Shown here: in pieces, positions 22,303-33,903 of the stretch | Position numbering within the stretch: position 1 is the stretch's first letter | Layout: the number at the start of each line of letters is the position of its first letter | Assembly (NCBI GenBank): GCA_020184695.1 | Contig: JAANOX010000081.1 | Coordinates: 266,342-330,341, forward strand | Reading direction: 5' to 3' | Source: Histomonas meleagridis 2922-C6/04-290x | Taxonomy: Eukaryota > Protista > Parabasalia | DNA: 64,000 bases | Position numbers and translations under genes: made by a program | Notes under the pieces: model-generated | Databases searched by the model: none | Seen by the model: the letters and a program-made list of their open reading frames with translations, nothing else | Told to the model about the DNA's origin: nothing

Positions 22303-23738
22303 ATGTTTCTTGGGAAAAATATCCCCTCCGAAGAATCTCTCCAAAACTGGAATACGGATGATTTACATAAGCACTTACTTTTATGTTTGATAAATGATAA
22401 TGCACAACAGGCTTATGAAATTTGCGCTAATTTAATTCCTCATTCGACCACATTTGAAAGTCTTCCATCTGGGTTTAGATGTTTTGGAAGACTTCCAATT
22501 CCATTTATAAACATGGCTGCTTCTTTAGGTTCATTTCAATGCGTTTCAATGTTTTTATCACAAGGCATTGATATTAATTCAACTGATGGTGTTAGGAATG
22601 CTGTTTCTCATTGTGCCTGTTTTTCAGGCAATCAAAGTATTGTTGAAATGTTAGAAGAAAATGGTGCTGACTTTACTTTAAAAAACATGAATGAAAGTCT
22701 TCCAATCCATTGCGCATCGGAAAATAATCAAATAGAAACAATTCAATATTTAATTGAAAACGAACTTTCAGAAATTGATGTTCAAAATTGTTTTCAGCAC
22801 ACACCTTTATCGATAGCCATTCAACATGATTATATTGATTTATCCAAATTTTTATTAATAAATCATTCAGATCCAACCATATTAGATGAAGAAAGAAATA
22901 CACTTCTTCATTTTATAGTATCGAATAATTCTATGGAATTACTTTCGTTTATAACTCCAACGAAAGCAATTCCAATAAATTCGAAAAATATTAAAGGTGA
23001 AACACCACTTTTAATAGCTGCAAAGAATGGAAACATAGAAATCATCCAATTTTTATTGAATGAAGGCGCAGATCCATTAATTACCGATTTTAAAAATCGA
23101 AACATTTTAATGTATACAATTCTTTCTGGGAACATTGAAGCTGTTTCATTTATAATTTCATTAAATATACCGAATGTACTTAATGTGGATTCTTATGGAA
23201 TTTCTTTTTAAATATATTATTCGCCTCTTCACTATGCTGCTAAAATAAGGTCAATCGAAATAATGAAAGCTGTTGCATTATTAGATGATTCACATTTAAA
23301 TGATGTGTCATCTGGTTTTACACCTCTTCATATTGCTTGTAAACATAATAACTTTGAGGCTGTTAAATTTCTTTGTTTACATCAAAGAATCGATGGTTTC
23401 ATCGAAAACTGGTGTTCACAAAATGCATTTCATATTGCAGCAAGAATTCCTAATTTGGAAATGTTTGTGTTCTTGTATGAAAGATTTCATTATGATTTGT
23501 CTATTGCTGATATTAATGGGATTTATTTAATTTGTTTTGGACACCTTTACATTATGCTGTTGAAAAAGGTTCTCTTAAAATGGTTGAGTTTCTTTTGGAA
23601 AATGGAGCTGATCCTTCCCTTACTATAAACGATGATGAAACTAATGCTTGGTTGATTGGTTTAAAAAGGGAATCTCTAAGAATCGCAAAAGTATTAGAAC
23701 ATTTCGGAGATGAAATGTCAGTTCAATATGAAGAATGA
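22303..23738 (+). CDS. Ankyrin-repeat protein with two single micro-inserts (18 nt, 17 nt); 466 aa if removed
   Basis: Three ORF-track pieces join when 23200-23217 (ATTTCTTTTTAAATATAT) and 23521-23537 (ATTTATTTAATTTGTTT) are removed, giving DSYG|YSPLHYAA and DING|WTPLHYAV. 1436-35=1401 nt. Confidence 0.85.
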
Positions 23739-24467
23739 AAATTTGTTTTTGTAAATGTTAATATTAATTTTTATTTTTTTATTTTTTTTCCTTGCAAATA
23801 TTATTATTCATTATTAAAAGAAATGACTTTTCCAATTATTAAAAATTGTAATTACTGATTTATAAGTGTTAAACAAGTGACAAAAAATAATAAAAGGTTT
23901 CTGCTTTTGTGGTTTCTTCATTTGAGAAAAAATGCATAAAATATTGATTTCTTTACTTTTGGAATCAAGGAAATTATTTTCAATTAAATTAAATTAAATA
24001 TAAGATATTTGATTCTTGTGTATATTTATCAAAGAAATATTTTGTGAAATTTTCGAATAATTCGGATTTCCATTTATTATTTTCTTCAAATGTTTCAATT
24101 ACTTTTACAAAAAAATATAAATATATATCCAAATCAATCTTTTTCATAATAAATAATCTGTATATTATTTCACTAAGGAATCTATTTAATGATAATGGAT
24201 AAAAAAAGAAACACGAATAAATTAGATCTTTTTTTTAGGCATTAAACTGTGAATCGAAAATGTGATAAAACTTTTTGTAAGACAAATTTATTCAAAACAG
24301 ATCTTTTTTGCTTCATAATTTGGATTTTTTGTTAAAGTCACACTTTATCGTCCAATGACACATACAATTTTCAAATAAAAATTGAATTGGTTATCGAGAA
24401 AATTCAATACTTTATATATGAAATGACTCAATCCCATTTTAAGGTTGTTTTTTGAACAAATATAAGC

Positions 24468-25094
24468 ATGAAACAAAATGCTTCTTCAGATTTTTGCAAG
24501 CAACTTGAATCCCATTTCTTGAATGCTATTAAGTCCGATATACCAACTGAAAGTGTTGATGGAATTTTAAAAATTTTATATTCAATAATTGAAATAGTTA
24601 TCATGCTCAAAGTATCTCCTGTCAACACTACAGTAATTGGTATCTTCATGTTCAATGATAGAATCCTTGTACATTACTTATTATTTTCTCAATTTTTAAG
24701 GACAAAGGAATCAGTCATCAGATCTATTTTTTCGGACCCGTCATTCAAAGCAGTTCCTTTAACGCAAAAAGAGTATTCCACACTTTGCATGATGAAATAT
24801 ATTCGTGGAAGTAAATATGATTGGCGTGTTCATGTTTATCCAGGAAATCACACATCAGAATTAATCATGAAGTGCTTGAAGATAAATGGCATAGGTTCTT
24901 TCTTTTTGTTACCTGAACATGAAATATTTGAAAATACAAAAAAGCAAAAATTAACACTTTCCACAGTTCCTTTAATGGATTTAAAACCACCACCTTCGAT
25001 GGAGTTAGCAAACAAGCCAATAGAAAAAATTACATCTTATTTTGCAGAAGATGATCCTGGAGCAGGAAAATGTTGGCTTCTGTATAAGAATTAG
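24468..25094 (+). CDS. Hypothetical protein
   Basis: 208-aa ATG-initiated ORF. No recognised domain. Confidence 0.65.
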   Translation: MKQNASSDFCKQLESHFLNAIKSDIPTESVDGILKILYSIIEIVIMLKVSPVNTTVIGIFMFNDRILVHYLLFSQFLRTKESVIRSIFSDPSFKAVPLTQKEYSTLCMMKYIRGSKYDWRVHVYPGNHTSELIMKCLKINGIGSFFLLPEHEIFENTKKQKLTLSTVPLMDLKPPPSMELANKPIEKITSYFAEDDPGAGKCWLLYKN

Positions 25095-25270
25095 AATAAA
25101 ATACAAAATTTGTTTTTAATAAATGTTTTAAACATTTTTTTTTTTATTTTTAAAATCACTCATTGCATTGTTTATCTATATGAATTTTTTATATTTAAAT
25201 TTCTTTGAATTTTTGTTTCATATTATTTTATCAAATATAAAAAATATAAATATTTTTATTTATTTATTTC

Positions 25271-26716
25271 TTAAACAATTTCAATAATATCTGAATATTC
25301 ATCTTCTGACAAGTTCTTTATTTCGTTTACCTTTTCTGCCTTTTTAACTAACATTACTTCTTTATTCACACTATTTAATACCAACACATTTATATTTTTC
25401 TCATCCTCAGCAAGATCACATATAGATAACACAGCCACATTACCCAAATTATTTACCTCACATAAAAACTTATCCACATCTGGATAATCAGGGTCAAATA
25501 TGATACTTCCATTATAAACAATAGAAGGTTCCTTTGCCCCAATAAATTTTCCTATATCACTACATTTGGTTTCCGCGAAATTACATGAAACTTTCCAAAA
25601 CTCAACGCCACACACAGGACATTTAGGATTCGGCTTTTCTAACTCAGTTGGTGTTAATCTCGGTCCATTTAAATCATGTGATAACCAGACCGCTTTAACA
25701 TTATTATTCGATGACAAATTTAACATTCTTTCCATTTGCATAACAGAAATACCCGAAATTATACTGTTAGTAGTGGAAAGAGAAGGCTCAACAACAGATA
25801 CAAGACCTTTGGCATCGAACATTGAACACATCCGATTAATGTGAAATGATAACGCTTGAAGATTAGCTGCAGATGTAGTAAACGCTAAATGTTCAATGTT
25901 ATCTTTGTCGAATGTTAATGGTGGATTAAGTTTCGTTGAAAGATATTTAAAGACAGAAACAGATTCGTCATCACTCCATACATCTGTTGGTCGTGAAATT
26001 GGTTCGGCGTTTGGCGGTGACTCATTTTCGATAATTGTAGGTGGAGTTCGCGTTTTCCACATTCCTTCGTTCTTTTGAAGATCAAGAATTCGATCTACAA
26101 ACAAATAATGAAATGGTGTTACATTAGGAGATATCGTTACAACATCGGTAGACTCATTGTTGCTGTACATAGCGTTAAATAGATGAAATGCCCATGCCGC
26201 ACAATGTTCATAAGACTCTGGGGTACTACGGATTGTACATGTGATTTTGGGGCCTGTGGGTTCAACGGTGGGAGTGCAACTAAAACATGATGTAATAAAG
26301 GGAAATATTGGAATTGATTGAGCGAACCGACCAGATGAAGCACAATCTATTAATGGTTTATTGGAAAATACACAAAGTTTGTTGACTTTTTCACGTGCTG
26401 ATATATTATCGACTGCACAAAACACAAAATTAAAATTGCCAATAAAAGAAAGATTGAAATCATTACTGAGAACATCCATTGTTAATCCCATAATTTGGAT
26501 AGTGGGGAAAAGACGAGTGACATTCAAGGCTAACACACGCGCTTTTGATTCTCCTATATCATTTTCACTGTAAAAAAATTGTCGGCTTAAATTTGAAAGT
26601 GAAACTGTGTCAAAATCAATCACGGTAATTTTAAGATATCCTTTAATTGCAAGACATTTAACTACTTCACACCCAATTCCACCGGCACCAACAACCAATA
26701 TGGAAAGATCGCTCAT
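25271..26716 (-). CDS. UBA2: Ubiquitin-like activating enzyme E1, UBA2/SAE2-like
   Basis: ThiF motifs VGAGGIGCE, DFDTVSLSNLSRQF and AVDNISAR; catalytic-Cys region CTIRSTP..EHC..WA; CxxC pairs CFSC and CPVC. Confidence 0.85.
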   Translation of the reverse strand: MSDLSILVVGAGGIGCEVVKCLAIKGYLKITVIDFDTVSLSNLSRQFFYSENDIGESKARVLALNVTRLFPTIQIMGLTMDVLSNDFNLSFIGNFNFVFCAVDNISAREKVNKLCVFSNKPLIDCASSGRFAQSIPIFPFITSCFSCTPTVEPTGPKITCTIRSTPESYEHCAAWAFHLFNAMYSNNESTDVVTISPNVTPFHYLFVDRILDLQKNEGMWKTRTPPTIIENESPPNAEPISRPTDVWSDDESVSVFKYLSTKLNPPLTFDKDNIEHLAFTTSAANLQALSFHINRMCSMFDAKGLVSVVEPSLSTTNSIISGISVMQMERMLNLSSNNNVKAVWLSHDLNGPRLTPTELEKPNPKCPVCGVEFWKVSCNFAETKCSDIGKFIGAKEPSIVYNGSIIFDPDYPDVDKFLCEVNNLGNVAVLSICDLAEDEKNINVLVLNSVNKEVMLVKKAEKVNEIKNLSEDEYSDIIEIV

Positions 26717-26932
26717 TTTTCTATCGGCATGGTTTCAATGTTTTACAAAATCATGAAAACAACCTAAAAATGAAAAAAAAAAAACGATTATATCATCTGT
26801 AAGTAATATATAATTTTATGTTAAATTTACTTCCAATCACATGGTATTGCGAAATTATGAGTTAACTCAAAATGATTAAAATGATGAATTAAAATTAAAA
26901 AAAAATTGATATATATTCTTTAACCTAGCGAT

Positions 26933-27256
26933 TTATTGTTTTGCGGTGTACCCTTTGGTCATTTTATAATAAAGAAAGATTGTTGATATTGTAACCATAA
27001 TTAATGAGATTCCTGTTTGATTTAAACGAGTTGATGTCCTGCTTCTGTTGATATACATTGACAAAAGGATAAACCAAGCACCCCAGCTAAACAAAGGATT
27101 AGCACGCATCATTCCAAAAGCAGAAAAAGTCATAACAATCATAGCTAAAGAATCTGTTGGATCTTGATCTGTTTGTAATCTTTTAGTCAGACGCTTTGCT
27201 GATTCAAGACATGGTTCTGGAACGAAATCTTTTTTCGATTCTTTGTTTTTTCCCAT
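26933..27256 (-). CDS. Small membrane protein, Asterix/PAT10 (UPF0139)-like
   Basis: 107 aa with a pattern like D..AMI.M.FS.FGMM....FSW.A.F....S.IN and two to three hydrophobic segments. Confidence 0.6.
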   Translation of the reverse strand: MGKNKESKKDFVPEPCLESAKRLTKRLQTDQDPTDSLAMIVMTFSAFGMMRANPLFSWGAWFILLSMYINRSRTSTRLNQTGISLIMVTISTIFLYYKMTKGYTAKQ

Positions 27257-28841
27257 TTTTCTATTTTTTAACGTTCGCCATAAGGACCAACAAAAATTTT
27301 TTAAGGAATAAATAAAAACGAAAATTTTAATGTTTATTTAATAAGGATTCACACTTTCCTGGTCGAGGCATACAAGTGTGATACTGATAAAAAAATTTCA
27401 TTCGAGATATTTTATGTAATGATTAATCAGATCTTTCTGCATTTGGAATACTAGAAACAGACACTTGCTTCAAATGCTACACGAATGTTAGTACAATAAA
27501 CAGTTAAAAATTTTGTAAAACCAACTTTACATATTTTTCAAAAGTATTTAAACACTATGGATATCACAACAATTCTGGTCAAATAGTTTGCTCAAAATAT
27601 GAACATGTGTTCAATTACCATGATCGTAAAAATTACGAACTTTCGCATGGAATCTTCACAAAATTCTACCTTTCAACAAGAGATCAAAATCTTTTTCACC
27701 AGGAAACTCGATTTTTATAAGTTTATTCACCATTTGCTTGATTAAACATGTCTTAATAACTTTATTTCATACGCTAACAAATTCCAATGCAATTTCTGCA
27801 CCGATTTTTTCTGCTATTTTTTTTCCAACACTTTCCGACAACAAATGAAGGAGATTTTTTATAAAGGACAAATAGCTCTCCTTGTTTTCATTACTTGATC
27901 TCTTAATACACCTTGTACCTCCACAAAATGTATTTTATACAAGAATCGCTGAAGTACAATAGTGCTCATAGTTGTTTGATAAAAATTTTTAAATTTATAA
28001 TATGTTTTTTACAATAAAATATGATTAAATCAATAACATGACTTTTATGATTTTTAATAATAAATCTTTATATGGTAAGGATAAATGTATATGGTAAGTT
28101 ACCACTTTAGAAATGATTAATAAACGTCCAATGATGGGTTCGCGAACCATAAACGGTCTTTTTAAAAGTGAAATATATTTCTACAGTTTACATTTTACAA
28201 ATTGGAAAACATGAACAAAAGCAACATAACATTTATTGATGGGTTAAAGTACTTAATTTAAAGAGCCCTTTATAGTAATCATAAGATTGGTACTCACCGA
28301 ACTAATGACTAACTTATTTAATTAATTAATTTTTGTAAATTTACAACAAGAAAATTTTCTTTCAGTTTTTTGACTCACATTTTGTATTTTGTGGTTTAAT
28401 ACGTTGAAAACCATTTAAACTGTGTTTTTCATATATATGAAATAAATTACTTCGTCAAGATTTCATTTTTACTATCATATGTTTCATCGATATTTGAATC
28501 ATTTCCAAATTCATTAACTGCGAAATTTGTTTAAAGATAATTCACAGAATTTGTAGTAACAATTTCATTGATTAATAAATCATAATCACTTAGATATTTA
28601 ACTGAATAATACTCATATGGTTTTTGATAAGCTCAACTTCTGTATGGTGTGGTTGTAAACCCCATAGAAAAAAACGGTCGTTTTATAAAGATGTTAAGGA
28701 AGTCACATTTATTTTTAAATAAATTCCTGCATATATTCTTTTATTCGAGAAGGCAGTGATTACTTTTCCGAAATGAGCATTATTTCCGAAAAATCTTAAT
28801 AAAAATTAATAAATATAATTAATTTATTCACACAATTTATA

Positions 28842-29640
28842 TTATATTCCAATAAAGTCATCATATTCTTCTTCATTGTCAATATAAAACAATGATTTTG
28901 TCTTTGAGTAAAGAGATTCATTTTCATTTTGAACCCATTCTGTCCCAAGAACATCTTCAAAGAATGGATGCTCTGCTATCTCTAATGCACTTATGCGCTT
29001 TCGTGGATCGATTTCAAGTGTTTTTTGTATTAAATCTTTCATATCTGCATATTGCTCAAATATTTTTTCGGCATCATTGTGGATCAAGAATAAAAATATA
29101 AGACCATAATCTAATACGTCAGGTGAATATGAAGTTGAATCATTATCAACTAATTTAATGGAATTTTCAAAATCAATAATTTGTGGTTTTGGACCTTCAT
29201 TTTCTATATCATCTACAACTATGTTGGATTGATTAATATTTCTTAGGAGAACGTTGTTACTGTGTAATGCTGAAAGAGCAACAGCAATTCGATATCGAAT
29301 TAGTTATTATGAAACGAACTGAAATATTACGTAATTTCTAATAGAGTTTCGAAATAATTCCTTCCAAGATTTTCTTTTGTCATATAATTAATTTGAGTAA
29401 ATATTTTTTTTGATACTTTGTTGCAATGTACATGCAAGAAATATCAGTACTCCAACAGAAGTGAGCAAGTTCGTACCCATTTACACTTGAATCAAGTTGG
29501 CTAAACATTAAAAAATGATTTTTCCAGAGGAAACACCAATTTAGACAAGCATCTTCACAATAGGACTTCACTCTGTTTAATAAAAAGTGACGTTTTTGTT
29601 TTTTATTTGTTTCTTCTGTGGTATTCACCATATTTGACAA
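28842..29640 (-). CDS. Divergent, probably inactive protein-kinase-like gene with two frame breaks repairable by 17/18-nt inserts
   Basis: The C-lobe is open from about 29300 (IAVALSALHSNNVLLRNINQSNI...IIDFE...DVLDYG...TLEIDPRKRISALEIAEHPFF). The upstream frame contains MYIATKY. Breaks are near 29386-29402 and 29298-29335. HRD is replaced by LRN. Confidence 0.55.
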
Positions 29641-29723
29641 GATATAAAGGAAAATCTTACTAGAATAATTTATAAGTCATTAATAATTAATCATATAAAA
29701 ACAAAAATTTTTGAAAAATCAAA

Positions 29724-30471
29724 TTATCTATTTTTAGTCCAAGAAACAATTGTTCTATGCAACATTTGGAGAAGCAAAATCGAATCTGTATATTCTTCGT
29801 TATGTAAATTATCAATTACAGCAACACCATCAGCATATGCTTTTTTAACAAATGCCAGTGCTTCATCAGGATCAGATAATATTTCAAACTTGAAAATCGC
29901 CATGTTGAGCATTAAGGAAAGACGCGGTGCCGCTGCTGGACTACAACATGCTACAATTAAATCTTCAGCTTCTTGATATGCTGCCATTGCTCGATTTGTA
30001 CTTTCTCGTCTTTCATACCCGCGCTGAATTTCAGCAAGATAACGTTGGTAATCACCAATCATCTTGAACATCATTCCGCGCATAGTTGTATCTGATGTTC
30101 GTGGAATGAGTTTATTTTGCACCATTTCAACAACGCCTGTTGTGAAATCAGTGATTTTGCTTTCTAGTTGTTTCCTATATTCTAAGATAAGAGTTGATCT
30201 ATCATCACGACCTTTACCTCTTTCTTTCTGTTCTGAAAGGTATATAGACTTCCATGCTCTCCGAAGGGAATCTATCTCGCCCTTGCAGATTCTAGATATT
30301 ATGTTTTGATCATCAATTGATAGTTCTGATTCCTCAGAAGCCAAACGATTCAAACAAGTCTTTGCGTCAGAAAAATCAAAATATACAGCTAAATAATGTT
30401 GCATCACATAGGTTTGTTGCTAATTTCCGGACTTCTTCAATATTTGAAGATTCAACAAAATCAGAAAACAT
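29724..30471 (-). CDS. 14-3-3 family protein with a frame break near the 5' end
   Basis: Motifs KMIGDYQRYLAE, AMAAYQEA, PRLSLMLN, DSILLLQML. ATG at 30471 starts a frame matching helix A (EEVRKLATNLCDAT) that stops at TGA. Removing 19 nt (30379-30397) joins it to DFSDAK. Confidence 0.85.
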
Positions 30472-30579
30472 TTGAACGTTATTACTGAGACATGTTATGT
30501 GAAATAAACATTGTTTAATGATTTAGTTTTTTCTTAAATTTCAAAAACAGTAAAAATATTTATTAAAAATCATAAATTT

Positions 30580-31248
30580 ATGACAACTTCAACAGATGAA
30601 ATTGTCCAATCAATGGCAGAAATGTTTAAAGAACTTGCTGATAAAATAGCTGAAGAAAAACGTGGTAATGCAGAAAATCGAGCAAACGAACTTTATAATG
30701 CAGCAATCAAAAATATAAGTGATAAACTTGAAATAGAATTTATTCGTGAAGAAGGTGAAATTCAGAAAGAACTTCTTATTCATGAAGCACATATCAAAAA
30801 TAATGTTAAACTTGAAATCTTAAAGTCACAAGCAGAAGCAATACACAAAGCATTAAAAGAATCGATACGTAAGATAAATGAGTTTTCAGAAGGACCGAAT
30901 TATCCTGATTTACTCAAAAAATTAATTGCCGAAGGACTTAATATATTGAAAGAATCACGGGTTATATTAATGGTTCGCAAATCTGATCAAGAGGTTGCAT
31001 CAAGAATCCTTCCAGACGCTGTTGAAATAGCAAAGAAATATAATTCAGCAATTGATTTTAATGTTAAAATTAATGATAGAATATTTTTACCTCCTGCACC
31101 AGTATGTGCTGGAGGAGTAATTCTTATGTGCCACAAAGGTAAAATTCGTGTTTCGAATGTTTTAAATGATCGTTTAAGACTTGTGTACGAAAGAATTTTA
31201 CCTCAAATTAAGGCATTAATTATTGAAAAAAGAGAAGTTAATAAGTAA
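30580..31248 (+). CDS. V-type H+-ATPase subunit E
   Basis: Motifs ADKIAEE, YPDLLKKLIAEGL, CAGGVIL, KIRVSNVLNDRL; typical length of 222 aa. Confidence 0.9.
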   Translation: MTTSTDEIVQSMAEMFKELADKIAEEKRGNAENRANELYNAAIKNISDKLEIEFIREEGEIQKELLIHEAHIKNNVKLEILKSQAEAIHKALKESIRKINEFSEGPNYPDLLKKLIAEGLNILKESRVILMVRKSDQEVASRILPDAVEIAKKYNSAIDFNVKINDRIFLPPAPVCAGGVILMCHKGKIRVSNVLNDRLRLVYERILPQIKALIIEKREVNK

Positions 31249-31671
31249 ATTTTTTGTTCATTTTTATTTCAACATGGTTTTTCTCGCATTTGATAAGATT
31301 TTCTGAAATGAAAAATATTTAAATAAAAACCAATGATTGCAAAAGTGTGAATGTATTACAATATCTAACTAAATTGATTGATCTATATCAAGAAATAATG
31401 GATATGTTTGCATTGGAATTTCGTGATGTTTTTTGATTTTGATTCCAAACTCTTTGTAACTTTTTGGAACGGTAAAAAACGTTACCGTTTAGTAACTGAT
31501 TGAATTTTTTTAGGGTGGGTCGCAAACTGTTTTAATTCAATTAGCAATTACTTTTGAATAATCAATGAAAAAATTAAAAATGGATTGAAAATTTGTGGGC
31601 TTAACCCTCCCTTAAAAATTCCATACATTCAGATAGCAACCGTTTTAGTTTGACCTGCTCCATTTTCCTGA

Positions 31672-33903
31672 ATGTTTACCATGTTAAACATCACAGTTTT
31701 ACATTTAATCAGAAGCTCAGTGTTGTCTCCAATGGTATTTACAGGCTCTAATAATTTTATAATTTCTCATTGCAAAATTACACGTTCATTAGGTAATTTA
31801 TTATTCCAACCAAAACAATTCAAAATCGAAAGTTCTTCTTTTTCGGCATTTCAAAAAGCAGTTGTCTATATGGAAAAAGATGCACCTTCTCAAACATGTA
31901 CTTCAACTCAAATTAATCAAGTTTCAAACTGCTACTTTACAAACATAAGGGCTGACTGCCTTATTAAATACATAGAAGAAAATGGTGACATCAATATTGA
32001 AAACGTATTAATTTCAAATTGCACATGTGAAGAATCTCTTATCATAACAATCACAGCTTCATTCTATGCTAAAATGGTTTGCGTTGAAAGTTCTTATTCA
32101 CTGCAAAATCATGTTTTTGAGTCTGAACTTAAATCTAATAATATCGCACAATTTATTTCGAACTCTATTTTCCAGTCACCACTTAACCAACCCTGCAAGT
32201 CTCCAATATGCTTTTCAGGAAATGGCAACTTTAATTTTAGGGATACAAATTTCACATATAATGTATGTGATTCTCCGGACTCTATCTCTGCAGCAGAGGT
32301 GTCTAGTTCAAGAGCAACTTCTTCTATTATGTATTGCGCATTTGCTTATAATAGGGGAAGTGAATTACTTCATTTTACATTTTACAGTGCTGAAGAATCC
32401 AACTTTAGAATTGAGTACTGTAGCTTCTATAACAACACAGAGCTCAATGGAAACCTTCTTCACTTTGATTTTTATCAGCCGATATCAATGATTGTTCACT
32501 CATCGGTTTTCAAGGAAAACACTGAAAACATTTTCAATGTGGAGGACGATCAAAGTGTTATCACTGTACAAAATTGTATGTTCAGCACTGATAGAATCAA
32601 TGATGAAAAGTTGGAAATGAAGACAGGAAATGAATTTAATTACACTGGCCCAACATTAACAATAACTAATGAAATTCCATATTGCGTAGTGAGTTACATT
32701 CAGCCGCCAACAGAGATTATTAGTCCGTCAAATACATTTTCACAATCAAATACATATGTGCCATCAAATACATTCACACAATCATATGAAATGAACACTA
32801 CAAATACATACGTGCCATCAAATACATTTACTAAATCATATGAAATCAATGCAACAAATACATTTTCATTATCAAATACATTCACACAATCATATGAAGT
32901 TAATATTACAAATACGTATATTCCATCGAATACATTCACCAAATCTTATGAAATAAATTCAACTCATACATTTGCGCAATCAAATACATTCACACAATCA
33001 TATAAAGTTAATACAACAAATACATATACATTATCGAATACATTCACACAATCATATGAAGTTAATATTACAAATACATATATTCCATCGAATACATTCA
33101 CTAAATCATATGAAATGAACACTACAAATACATTTGCGCAATCAAATACATTCACACAATCATATGAAGTTAATATTACAAATACATATATTCCATCGAA
33201 TACATTCACTAAATCATATGAAATGAACACTACAAATACATATATTCCATCGAATACATTCACACAATCATATGAAATGAACACTACAAATACATATATT
33301 CCATCGAATACATTCACTAAATCATATGAAGTTAATATTACAAATACATTTGCGCATTCAAATACATTCACTAAATCATATGAAATGAACACTACAAATA
33401 CATATATTCCATCGAATACACATACACTATCAAATTCATTTACTCAGTCAAGTGCATACACTCAATCAGATATGTATACATTATCAGATATGTTCACTCA
33501 ATCAAATATGTATACATTATCAGACACATTTACTGAGTCGCATGAAATAAGCAGCACAGTTACAGTTACAATTACGTCATCTCAAGTGCACACTGAATCG
33601 TACTCTCTTTCCAATACATTTTCAGGCACATATTCATCAGCAGAGCAGAAGGCCGGTATGCCCTCGTGGTCCATTGCAATCATTGTGTTGGGCGCTGTTT
33701 TATTGGCAGTTGCTTCATTTCTAATAATATTCTGCTGTTGTCTCGCCAAGCAAAAAGATGAGGAAAAGCAGAAACAAGTGTTCAACAACTTATTATCAGA
33801 TGATTCATCAATTATTAACTCAAACCCATTCAACTCTATAGATATCCAAGAAGATGATCCTTTCATGTTTGAAAACGATGAGCCAAAACAAATTGTTCTT
33901 TAA
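31672..33903 (+). CDS. Type I membrane/surface protein with beta-helix-like N-terminus and Ser/Thr-rich repeat stalk (Pmp-like)
   Basis: 743 aa. N/F/S-rich N-terminal half, SNTFT repeats, TM helix SIAIIVLGAVLLAVASFLIIFCCCL and an acidic tail ending in NPF/DPF-type motifs. Confidence 0.8.
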   Translation: MFTMLNITVLHLIRSSVLSPMVFTGSNNFIISHCKITRSLGNLLFQPKQFKIESSSFSAFQKAVVYMEKDAPSQTCTSTQINQVSNCYFTNIRADCLIKYIEENGDINIENVLISNCTCEESLIITITASFYAKMVCVESSYSLQNHVFESELKSNNIAQFISNSIFQSPLNQPCKSPICFSGNGNFNFRDTNFTYNVCDSPDSISAAEVSSSRATSSIMYCAFAYNRGSELLHFTFYSAEESNFRIEYCSFYNNTELNGNLLHFDFYQPISMIVHSSVFKENTENIFNVEDDQSVITVQNCMFSTDRINDEKLEMKTGNEFNYTGPTLTITNEIPYCVVSYIQPPTEIISPSNTFSQSNTYVPSNTFTQSYEMNTTNTYVPSNTFTKSYEINATNTFSLSNTFTQSYEVNITNTYIPSNTFTKSYEINSTHTFAQSNTFTQSYKVNTTNTYTLSNTFTQSYEVNITNTYIPSNTFTKSYEMNTTNTFAQSNTFTQSYEVNITNTYIPSNTFTKSYEMNTTNTYIPSNTFTQSYEMNTTNTYIPSNTFTKSYEVNITNTFAHSNTFTKSYEMNTTNTYIPSNTHTLSNSFTQSSAYTQSDMYTLSDMFTQSNMYTLSDTFTESHEISSTVTVTITSSQVHTESYSLSNTFSGTYSSAEQKAGMPSWSIAIIVLGAVLLAVASFLIIFCCCLAKQKDEEKQKQVFNNLLSDDSSIINSNPFNSIDIQEDDPFMFENDEPKQIVL
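32731..33420 (+). repeat. Coding tandem repeat, 54-nt units (SNTFT[QK]SYE[MVI]N[TI]TNT[YF]xx)
   Basis: About 12 directly visible near-identical 18-aa units within the surface protein. Confidence 0.9.

Noticed and set aside
24423-24467. Upstream in-frame ATG with a TGA inside a possible 18-nt insert (24444-24461)
   Set aside because: No homology supports the extension and the 3' end (AAT) fits the consensus poorly.
27300-28000. Coding-like remnants on the minus strand, possibly a transposase relic
   Set aside because: Multiple stops and no recognisable catalytic motif.
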